28,611 nucleotides of DNA from a virus (lineage: Duplodnaviria; Caudoviricetes). This document shows positions 1 through 7,228 of the stretch, one piece after another. The translations under genes and the position numbers were made by a program. The first letter of the stretch is position 1. Every line of letters starts with the position of its first letter. The notes under the pieces are model-generated. The model saw only the letters and a list, made by a program, of their open reading frames with translations, searched no databases and was not told the DNA's origin. The stretch covers positions 1-28,611 of the IMG/VR virus record IMGVR_UViG_3300020044_004730; one strand, given 5' to 3'.

Positions 1-618
1 TACGCCGGCAGGACCGGGATTCCTGAGAGTCCCGGGTATTCGATGCTTAGGTCAAACCCAACCGGCACACAGGTCAAGACAATGGCCAACGTGTACAAGG
101 GTGGGGGCGGAGTCGATGAGTACGGCAATAAACAGCCCGAGTATTTTTACGTGGCGGGCCAGCCTGACGCCGACGGCAACGCAACTCAAAAAGTTATCGA
201 CGCCAGCAAAGTTCGCGTGATCGATCAACAAGAAGGCGCCGAACAAAGAGACAACGACGGCGGCATCCTGCGCGCGCCTACAACGTACACCATCGAATAC
301 GACGAAAACAATTTTTTAGAGAAGCCGGGCGCTTGGACCGAAACCTTTGACAAAAAGGCGCCGGATCCAACAAAGGCACAGGTTGCGCAAGCTACCCGGC
401 CCTCGCTGGCTGAGCAAGAGGCCGGGCTTATTGGCGAGGTGATCAAAGGTAAAGGGCTCAAAGCTGGAGGCGGCGGGTTGATTAGCAGCCGGATGGCCGC
501 GTCCACCGCGCCCGACGAGACGGACCCAACCGTGGTTGACCCAGATGCGGTTGACGTTGTTAAAACCGACAGCGGCGGCGGAAAACCCGGTACAAAAACC
601 CCGGTTATGGTGCGCTAA
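1..618 (+). CDS. Hypothetical phage protein, probably 5'-truncated by the window edge
   Basis: Frame 1 is open from base 1 (tac gcc ggc ... tcg atg) through the listed ATG at 43 to TAA 616-618; followed by a clear intergenic region. No recognisable motif. Confidence 0.6.
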   Translation, partial: YAGRTGIPESPGYSMLRSNPTGTQVKTMANVYKGGGGVDEYGNKQPEYFYVAGQPDADGNATQKVIDASKVRVIDQQEGAEQRDNDGGILRAPTTYTIEYDENNFLEKPGAWTETFDKKAPDPTKAQVAQATRPSLAEQEAGLIGEVIKGKGLKAGGGGLISSRMAASTAPDETDPTVVDPDAVDVVKTDSGGGKPGTKTPVMVR

Positions 619-637
619 AAATGAATAAATTTATTTG

Positions 638-667
638 TTGCACACGCGCCACAGTTTGGTATAGAAT
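638..667 (+). promoter_or_regulatory. Putative sigma70-type promoter for the head/tail operon (-35 TTGCAC, -10 TAGAAT)
   Basis: TTGCAC 638-643, 18-nt spacer, TAGAAT 662-667; AT-rich upstream tract with the 12-bp palindrome AATAAATTTATT (624-635). Confidence 0.55.
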
Positions 668-672
668 TTCTT

Positions 673-688
673 CGGGCGAAGTGCGCCC
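673..688 (+). promoter_or_regulatory. Conserved leader motif CGGG-N4-GTGCGCCC, copy 1
   Basis: CGGG CGAA GTGCGCCC begins 5 nt after the -10 hexamer and forms a GGGCG/CGCCC hairpin; same motif and spacing at 17127-17142. Confidence 0.55.
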
Positions 689-698
689 AAAATTTACC

Positions 699-724
699 AA
701 AGCCAGCCATCGAGCTGGCTTTTT
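699..724 (+). terminator. Intrinsic terminator-like hairpin in the operon leader
   Basis: AAAGCCAGC-catcga-GCTGGCTTT followed by further T's (T-run 720-724). Confidence 0.7.
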
Positions 725-726
725 CT

Positions 727-927
727 ATGACTGATTACTCATCAAGCACATGGCATCAATTGCGCAAGTGGGCGGAAGCCCAACTTGAACAAGCCAGAAC
801 AAAGAACGACGCTGTCGCGCTCTCCGACAACGAGACAGCTGCGTTGCGTGGTGAGATACGCATGCTAAAAAGATTTCTCGACTTGCCCAATGCGGCAACT
901 CGGGGTGTGGTGGTCGAGCCGGATTAA
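727..927 (+). CDS. Small helical phage protein upstream of scaffold
   Basis: 66 aa, amphipathic helices (WHQLRKWAEAQLEQAR...TAALRGEIRMLKRFLDLP); typical small gene between portal and scaffold in podophages. Confidence 0.8.
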   Translation: MTDYSSSTWHQLRKWAEAQLEQARTKNDAVALSDNETAALRGEIRMLKRFLDLPNAATRGVVVEPD

Positions 928-950
928 CGTCCCGCTTGGCCTTTTTAGTG

Positions 951-975
951 GGCTGTTGAAAGACGGCCTTTATTT
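951..975 (+). terminator. GNRA-capped hairpin with T-rich tail just before the scaffold RBS
   Basis: GGCTGTT-GAAA-GACGGCC (two G-U pairs), then TTTATTT, then GGAG at 976-979. Confidence 0.45.
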
Positions 976-986
976 GGAGAGCAAAA

Positions 987-1877
987 GTGGAAGAAAACCA
1001 ACTGTCTTCGGAAGAAGCGCAAAACCTATGGGATGAAGAGGCATCTAAGCTGACTGCCGACGGTGATACGTCCGCAACTGAGCTTTTAGCCACCGCGCCG
1101 GAAACGCCGCAGGATTTCGAACCAGAACAAGCGCAAGTCGAACCGGAACAGCCGGAAGATCCTCTTGCCGGGCTATCTTTAGCGGTCCGTGCCAAACTGG
1201 CGCAGATCGACGATTTAGCACAGGCAAATGCTCAACTGCTGCACCATGTCAAAACGACCGAGGGTCGCGTGGCAGCGATGCAACGAGAAGCTCAGCAGGC
1301 ACGTCAAGCAGCAATGCAAGAAGCGCCTACGCAGACAGCTATCACCAGCGCCGCCAAGAACCCAGAGAAGTGGGAGCAGCTCAAGCAGGATTTCCCCGAG
1401 TGGGCAGGAGCGATGGAGGAATACGTCGCATCGAAGGTGGGAGGCCAGCAGCAGCAACAAGTTTTGACACCCGAACAGGTGGCAGGCTATGTGCAGCAGC
1501 AGGTCGCACAAACCCGCGCTGAGATGGGGCGCCTCATGGAAGAAGCGCGAATTGAAGGTAAGTACGAGAACTGGCGCGATACGGTCAACACGACTGAATT
1601 CGCGCAATGGTTTACCGTGCAGTCACCTGAGACTCGGGCCCTCGCTGACAGCTCGGCAGCTAGAGACGCGATCAAGATGCTTGACTTGTTCAACACATCT
1701 AAATCGGTTTCGGCTACGGACATCAGGCAAGAGCGCGGAGCACGTCTCGCTGCAGCCGCGACAACTCGAACTGGCCAGACACCGCCGCCTAAAACACTTG
1801 GCGACATGTCCCCAGCAGAACTGTGGAACTACGAAGCCAAGAAACGTGAGCGAGAGCTCAAGGATCGCGGCTACTAA
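987..1877 (+). CDS. Capsid scaffolding protein (putative)
   Basis: GTG start with GGAG RBS; acidic E/P/Q-rich N-terminus, coiled-coil middle, short C-terminal helix (MSPAELWNYEAKKRE); directly upstream of the major capsid gene. Confidence 0.75.
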   Translation: MEENQLSSEEAQNLWDEEASKLTADGDTSATELLATAPETPQDFEPEQAQVEPEQPEDPLAGLSLAVRAKLAQIDDLAQANAQLLHHVKTTEGRVAAMQREAQQARQAAMQEAPTQTAITSAAKNPEKWEQLKQDFPEWAGAMEEYVASKVGGQQQQQVLTPEQVAGYVQQQVAQTRAEMGRLMEEARIEGKYENWRDTVNTTEFAQWFTVQSPETRALADSSAARDAIKMLDLFNTSKSVSATDIRQERGARLAAAATTRTGQTPPPKTLGDMSPAELWNYEAKKRERELKDRGY

Positions 1878-1905
1878 ATCAATTTTCAGAAAAGGAAACT
1901 AGACC

Positions 1906-2964
1906 ATGTCTATTCAAAATTACGGCACCGTAGCATCGCGAAATTTAATCCGCGCTGCTCAAGGTATGCTTGAACACGCACAGCCCATCACTGTTTTGGG
2001 CGACTTCGGTACTCAACGCGAGATGCCACAGAATTCGACAGACACCTTGGTGTTCCGTCGTACTCTGCCTTTCGGCGCCTCTACTACAGGTACAACAATC
2101 GAGAACTCTTCTCGCTATGTTGGTACTCCTGACATCACCGCTTCCAACTTCGTGTTGGCTGAGGGTGTGACACCTAACGCAAACACGATCTCTTTCCAAG
2201 ACGTGTCTGTTCAGTTGCAACAATATGGCGTGCTGTTCAAGTACTCCAGCAAAGTTGAGCAGCTGTACGAAGATGACATCCCCGGCGAAATGGTCAAGCT
2301 CACAGGCGAGACTCTGGCTGAGGTAATGGAGATGGTTCGTTACGGTGTGTTGAAAGCCGGCTCTACTGTGATCTATGCAAACGGTTCTAGCCGCTCTGCA
2401 ATCAACACAGCGATCAGCTTGAACGCAATTCGTAAAGCAGCTCGTACACTTGAGTCCAACCGTTCACGCCGCGTGACCAGCCGTCTGGCTCCCGGTGTCA
2501 ACTTCGGCACTCGCGCTGTGCAGCCCGCATACGTTATCTTCTGCCACACTGACGCTGTCAGCGACATCCGTAACTTGCCCGGCTTCACCCGCGTGGAAGA
2601 GTACGGTTCATTCAAGCCAATCCATGACCGCGAAATCGGCGCTTGCGAAGACTTCCGTTTCATCAGCTCACCCCTGTTGAAATCCTTTGCTGCTGCTGGT
2701 TCTGCAACCTTGAACGGCATGTTGTCTGTTGGCGCTGCTAACGTTGACGTGTATCCCTTCATCATCATTGGTGAAGACTGCTGGGGCCAAGTCGCCCTCA
2801 AGGGCATGTCTGCCATCAAGCCTGTGGTCCTCAAAGCCTCACAGACCAACCACGCCAACCCATTGGGCCAATTCGGCTACGTGGGCGCTTCTACATGGTT
2901 CGCGACTGTGCGTCTGAACGACGCCTTCATGGCCCGTATCGAAGCCGGTGTGACCGCTCTGTAA
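1906..2964 (+). CDS. Major capsid protein, N4-gp56-like family (HK97 fold)
   Basis: 352 aa, RBS AAAGGA, highly biased codon use; motifs FGTQREMPQNSTDTLVFRR, LAEGVTP, LQQYG, EIGACEDFRFI, NPLGQFGYVG typical of the N4-gp56 capsid family. Confidence 0.92.
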   Translation: MSIQNYGTVASRNLIRAAQGMLEHAQPITVLGDFGTQREMPQNSTDTLVFRRTLPFGASTTGTTIENSSRYVGTPDITASNFVLAEGVTPNANTISFQDVSVQLQQYGVLFKYSSKVEQLYEDDIPGEMVKLTGETLAEVMEMVRYGVLKAGSTVIYANGSSRSAINTAISLNAIRKAARTLESNRSRRVTSRLAPGVNFGTRAVQPAYVIFCHTDAVSDIRNLPGFTRVEEYGSFKPIHDREIGACEDFRFISSPLLKSFAAAGSATLNGMLSVGAANVDVYPFIIIGEDCWGQVALKGMSAIKPVVLKASQTNHANPLGQFGYVGASTWFATVRLNDAFMARIEAGVTAL

Positions 2965-2966
2965 TG

Positions 2967-2994
2967 GACTAGCTGGGGCGCAAGTCCCAGCGTC
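2967..2994 (+). other. Stable RNA hairpin 3' of the capsid gene (mRNA stabiliser or weak terminator)
   Basis: GCTGGGGC-GCAA-GTCCCAGC (2972-2991) with a GNRA loop and GAC/GTC extension; no long T-tract. Confidence 0.55.
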
Positions 2995-3014
2995 TTAACT
3001 TAAAGGAACACATC

Positions 3015-3485
3015 ATGCAATCAAACTACTGGAAACTTCTAAACGAAGACCGTTTGAACGATGTAACCGCAGCGTCTATTACGGCTCCCGTCTTGGGTCC
3101 CGTTGCAAACGCTACGCTTGCTGCTGCGTCATCACTGACAGCGGCAGACAGCGGTGAGACATACTTTTTGTCTTCGGCTACTGAATTCGTAACCACTCTG
3201 CCCGCACCTGCGGTTGGCTTGACATACACCTTCATTGTGGCTGCGGCACCTTCTGGTGCCAGCTACACGGTTGTGACCAACGCCAGTGCCAACATCATCA
3301 AGGGCCAAGCGTATCCCGCTTCTGGCGCCGCTGGCGACACTGGCACAGCCGACGACACCATCTCTTTTGTAGATGGTCAATCGGTTGCAGGCGATCGCGT
3401 AACTGTCATCAGTGATGGTACAAGCTGGTTTGCTTATGCGCATTGCGCAGTGGCTGCTGGCGTGACATTCACTCAGGCTTCTTAA
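3015..3485 (+). CDS. Capsid decoration/fibre-like structural protein (putative)
   Basis: RBS TAAAGGA; Ala/Thr/Ser-rich beta protein (LTAADSGETYFL...TLPAPAVGLTYTFIV...ISDGTSWF); immediately after the capsid gene. Confidence 0.7.
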   Translation: MQSNYWKLLNEDRLNDVTAASITAPVLGPVANATLAAASSLTAADSGETYFLSSATEFVTTLPAPAVGLTYTFIVAAAPSGASYTVVTNASANIIKGQAYPASGAAGDTGTADDTISFVDGQSVAGDRVTVISDGTSWFAYAHCAVAAGVTFTQAS

Positions 3486-3509
3486 TCAAACTTCTTAAAG
3501 GACTAAATC

Positions 3510-3947
3510 ATGTCTTACAATATTGAACAAGCCAATAGTGGCTATCTCTCCCTGACCGCTGCCGGCGTAGCCGAAGGTACAAACGCCAACACGTTTAAGA
3601 CTACAAACACCTTAACTTTCACAAGCAACGGCGTTTTCAAGTCTAAGGCTGCTACTGACAACTTGACATTCACTGCTGGTACAGCTTTGGCTGCATCACA
3701 GGCTTGCTTGTTTGCGGTGTGGATTACTTCCGGCGGCACCGTATCGACCAGTCAAGGTCCTATTGTTGCTGCTGGCGATCCATGCCCAGTGCCCGGTCAA
3801 GTTACAGCCGGTACAACTTTGGTCGGTTTGATCAAAGTCACTACTAGTTCTGCCGTCACGTTTACGCCCGGTAGTACCGACCTGTCTGCCTCTGGCATTA
3901 CAGCCGCGTTCTCCGACTGCATGGACATGCCCGGCACTGCCCAGTAA
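3510..3947 (+). CDS. Second capsid accessory protein (putative)
   Basis: RBS TAAAGGA; 145 aa Ala/Thr/Gly-rich; lies between the capsid gene and the strong terminator at 3977. Confidence 0.7.
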   Translation: MSYNIEQANSGYLSLTAAGVAEGTNANTFKTTNTLTFTSNGVFKSKAATDNLTFTAGTALAASQACLFAVWITSGGTVSTSQGPIVAAGDPCPVPGQVTAGTTLVGLIKVTTSSAVTFTPGSTDLSASGITAAFSDCMDMPGTAQ

Positions 3948-3976
3948 GTTGCCATCCTCTCTTAACAGAGGGTTTT

Positions 3977-4005
3977 GCAGGTTGCCTTCGGGCAGCCTGC
4001 TTTTT
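3977..4005 (+). terminator. Rho-independent terminator ending the high-expression head block
   Basis: GCAGGTTGCC-TTCG-GGCAGCCTGC (10-bp stem, cUUCGg tetraloop) + TTTTT; a smaller hairpin CCTCT-cttaac-AGAGG at 3956-3971 precedes it. Confidence 0.88.
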
Positions 4006-4042
4006 GGCAGACCAGTTTTTTAAACCTAACGGAGAATAGAAG

Positions 4043-4465
4043 ATGGCAAAAAAAGAAGTAGTCGCAGGAATTGAAATCATTGACGACACACCAACAGTTG
4101 ATCCGGTTTCCCAAGTTGTAGATTTTCGTGAGCTTGCAGCAAGCGAAGCATTCATGAACGAAATGGTTGAAGTTATGGTGCACGCCAGCACTGACGAAAA
4201 CCAATCTCCTCATGTGATTCTCAACTGCAACGGAACTAATCAGCCTATTATGCGCGGCGTGCCTATGCGCGTTCGTCGCAAGTATGTCGAGATCTTGGCA
4301 CGTATGAAGGAAACCAAATACAGCCAAGTAACTCGCAACCCAGCAGCGCCTGATCAAATTGACATGATCGCGCGCCATGGTTTGGCATATCCTTTTGAGT
4401 TGATGCACGACGACAATCCCCGTGGCCGTGCATGGTTGCAAAACGTATTAGCTGAACCCGCTTAA
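4043..4465 (+). CDS. Conserved hypothetical morphogenesis protein
   Basis: GGAG RBS; motif NGTNQPIMRGVPMRVRRKYVEIL resembles small genes commonly found after N4-gp56-type capsid genes. Confidence 0.75.
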   Translation: MAKKEVVAGIEIIDDTPTVDPVSQVVDFRELAASEAFMNEMVEVMVHASTDENQSPHVILNCNGTNQPIMRGVPMRVRRKYVEILARMKETKYSQVTRNPAAPDQIDMIARHGLAYPFELMHDDNPRGRAWLQNVLAEPA

Positions 4466-4479
4466 ACCGGAGCTGCTCT

Positions 4480-5172
4480 GTGAACTTCCTTCAGCTTGTT
4501 AATCGCGCACGAGTAGAGTGCGGCGTCTCCGGCGCCGGCACACCCTTGACTAGCGTTGTCGGTCTAACTGGCGAATCCGCAAGGATTGCCAACTGGGTCA
4601 ATTCAGCTTGGGAAGATATTCAAACAGCAAAGGAAGATTGGCAGTGGCTGCGGGAGACGTTCCAATTCAACACCGTCACTCAGCAGCAAATCTATACCCC
4701 CACCGAAGCCGGTGTGGGGTCTACTTTTGGAAACTGGAAACGTGATAGTTTCCGAGCTTCATCGGTTGGCCAGCAGTACAAAGACGAACAGCTGATCAAC
4801 TACATGGAATGGACGACCTTTAGGAACTTGTACATTTACGCAAACATGCGTTACACGTATGCGCGTCCTGTCGTTGTTACAGTCGATCCAGATAAAAACT
4901 TAGGCTTTGGCTCGGTCCCTGACCAGCCCTACGTGATCGTAGGTGAGTACTACAAAGTACCAGTCGCGTTTGCAACAAACACAGACGCACCGCCCTCTGT
5001 GTTTCCTGATCGTTTTCACATGATGATTGTCTACCGAGCCATGATGTTTTACGGTGGCTACGAAGCAGCACCCGAGGTTTATTCGCGCGGTGAGTTTGAA
5101 TTTAAACGTCTCATGAATCGTTTGAATATCGATCAACTCCCGACCATGGTAAGCGGCCCGCCTTTGGCTTAA
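4480..5172 (+). CDS. Head-tail adaptor (tail tubular protein A-like)
   Basis: GTG start with GGAG; MNFLQLVNRARVECG...WVNSAWEDIQ...W.WL N-terminal helices and FPDRFHMMIVYRAM C-terminal motif; size and position fit podophage adaptors. Confidence 0.78.
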   Translation: MNFLQLVNRARVECGVSGAGTPLTSVVGLTGESARIANWVNSAWEDIQTAKEDWQWLRETFQFNTVTQQQIYTPTEAGVGSTFGNWKRDSFRASSVGQQYKDEQLINYMEWTTFRNLYIYANMRYTYARPVVVTVDPDKNLGFGSVPDQPYVIVGEYYKVPVAFATNTDAPPSVFPDRFHMMIVYRAMMFYGGYEAAPEVYSRGEFEFKRLMNRLNIDQLPTMVSGPPLA

Positions 5173-5182
5173 AGGAGGCGCG

Positions 5183-7228
5183 ATGCCACTCAAGACCCCT
5201 CCCGTTCAATACGATCTAATCCGCCTGAACGGCGGTTTGGACCAAGTCACCCCCACACTTTCTTTACCTCCCGGCTTTGCCCGCAAGGCCGCCAACTTTG
5301 AAGCCTCCATTACTGGGGGCTATACCCGCATTGCTGGGTACGAACGATACGACGGAAGGCCAAGCCCTTCTGCTGCGCTTTATGTTATTCTGATTTGCAA
5401 CTTGACAGGCACTGTCGCTGTAGGCAATACCATCATCGGTCAGTCTTCTGCTGCTACTGGCAAAGTCATTGCGCGCGATGGTGATCAAGTTGTTATCACC
5501 CGCGAGACCGGAACGTTTGTAGCAACGGAAGGCCTTGTAGTTGGCGCAACGGCCGTCGGTACGATCACCACGATTCAAGGCGTTGACTCAGACGGCTATC
5601 AGGATGCGGTCTATCGCAACCTTGCAGCCGACGACTACCGGGCCGACATCACCACCGTGCCCGGCTCTGGCAACATCTTAGGCGTCGGAATCCATGCCGG
5701 CATTGTGTACGCTTGGCGCAACAACATTGGCGCTACAGCGGCCGTCATGTACAAAGCCACGTCGTCTGGTTGGACTGCCGTTAGTCTTGGCAGTTACGTG
5801 GGTTTTAACACTGGGGGCGTAGAAATTTTAGTTGGCTCCACTATTACGGGCCAGACCAGCGGGGCTACGGCCGTAGTTGTGAAAGTTGTTTTGGAAGGGG
5901 GCGCTTGGTCCACGTCCAATGCAGAGGGCCAGATCATTACAGGCGCAACCACCGGCACATTTCAGGTGGGCGAAAACATTAAAGTTGGAGCGTCAACTCA
6001 CGCCCACGCCGCCACAGTCAATACGGCAAACGCGTTTCCGCCTAATGGCCGATATGAAACGGTGCTTGCCAACTTTGGCGGCGGCACAGCTAACGCCAAA
6101 ATGTACGGCGCTAACGGCGTGGGGCGCGCCTTTGAGTTTGATGGCACTATCTTTGTGACTATCCGCACCACAATGCCAACGGATACACCGACCCACGTCG
6201 TTGTCCACAAGCAGCACATGTTTTTGAGCTTTGGCTCGTCGTTGCAGTTTTCAGCAATTGGAGATCCATACAGATGGGACCCAGTGCTGGGCGCCGGCGA
6301 GATCGCTATGAACGGCCTGATCAGCAATATGATTGCTTTGCCGGGCGACCAGTCAAGCGGCGCCTTAGCAATTTATACCCGTCATGACACATCAGTTCTG
6401 TACGGAACCAGCTCAGCAAACTTTGCTTTGTCTACGTTCAACACCGGAACTGGCGCGATGCCATACACTGCGCAAAACATGGACCAGTCCTACGTGCTAG
6501 ACGATCGCGGTATCGTTAGCTTGGGTACGTCGTTGAACTTCGGTAACTTTACGCCGGCAACGCTGACCATGACGCTGCGCCCGTTTTTGATTAACCGAAT
6601 CAACTTGGCCACGGGCAGCACGCTTAGCCGAGAGAAGGGTCAGTACCGCGTGTTCTTCAGCGACGGCACTGCGCTTTACATGACCATATTGAACGGCAAG
6701 CTGCTGGGCACAATGCCCGTTCAAATGCTAGACCCCGTGCTTTGCACCGTTGAAGGTGAAACATCCAACGGTTCAGCGGTGCAGTATTTTGGATCTGACA
6801 ACGGTATGGTCTACCAACTTGACAAAGGTACCAGTTTTGACGGCGACCCTATTGCGGCCAGCTTCAACTTAGTCTATAACAGTACCAAGTCTCCTCGCGT
6901 GCTTAAGCGGTATCGCCACAGCAGCGTCGAGATGAGCGGTGACTACTACGCCCAGATTCAATTTGGCTATGACTTAGGCTACCGCACAGGCTACTTAACC
7001 CAACCGCTTGACGAAACCTATGACGTGGATTTGAGATCTTCGTATTGGGACAGCATGATTTGGGACAACTTTGTTTGGGATGGATCAGATGTCACCCCTT
7101 CAGAGATTGGCATTACGGGAACCGCTGAAAATATGTCAATCCGTATTTCGTCAACGTCCGACATCCTTCAACCTTTTACGGTGAATAGCATCATTATTCA
7201 CTACACCTTGCGCCGAGGACTCCGATGA
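5183..7228 (+). CDS. Tail nozzle (tail tubular protein B / head closure-like)
   Basis: RBS AAAGGAGG; 681 aa beta-rich; GGLD N-terminal motif, HKQHMFL..GSSLQFSAIGDPYRW blade, C-terminal KRYR and WD..WD.FVWD; follows the adaptor. Confidence 0.75.
   Translation: MPLKTPPVQYDLIRLNGGLDQVTPTLSLPPGFARKAANFEASITGGYTRIAGYERYDGRPSPSAALYVILICNLTGTVAVGNTIIGQSSAATGKVIARDGDQVVITRETGTFVATEGLVVGATAVGTITTIQGVDSDGYQDAVYRNLAADDYRADITTVPGSGNILGVGIHAGIVYAWRNNIGATAAVMYKATSSGWTAVSLGSYVGFNTGGVEILVGSTITGQTSGATAVVVKVVLEGGAWSTSNAEGQIITGATTGTFQVGENIKVGASTHAHAATVNTANAFPPNGRYETVLANFGGGTANAKMYGANGVGRAFEFDGTIFVTIRTTMPTDTPTHVVVHKQHMFLSFGSSLQFSAIGDPYRWDPVLGAGEIAMNGLISNMIALPGDQSSGALAIYTRHDTSVLYGTSSANFALSTFNTGTGAMPYTAQNMDQSYVLDDRGIVSLGTSLNFGNFTPATLTMTLRPFLINRINLATGSTLSREKGQYRVFFSDGTALYMTILNGKLLGTMPVQMLDPVLCTVEGETSNGSAVQYFGSDNGMVYQLDKGTSFDGDPIAASFNLVYNSTKSPRVLKRYRHSSVEMSGDYYAQIQFGYDLGYRTGYLTQPLDETYDVDLRSSYWDSMIWDNFVWDGSDVTPSEIGITGTAENMSIRISSTSDILQPFTVNSIIIHYTLRRGLR

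Noticed and set aside
2950-3015. Read-through or frameshift extension of the capsid protein into gene 3015
   Set aside because: A second in-frame TAA follows at 3001, no slippery sequence seen, and 3015 has its own strong RBS.
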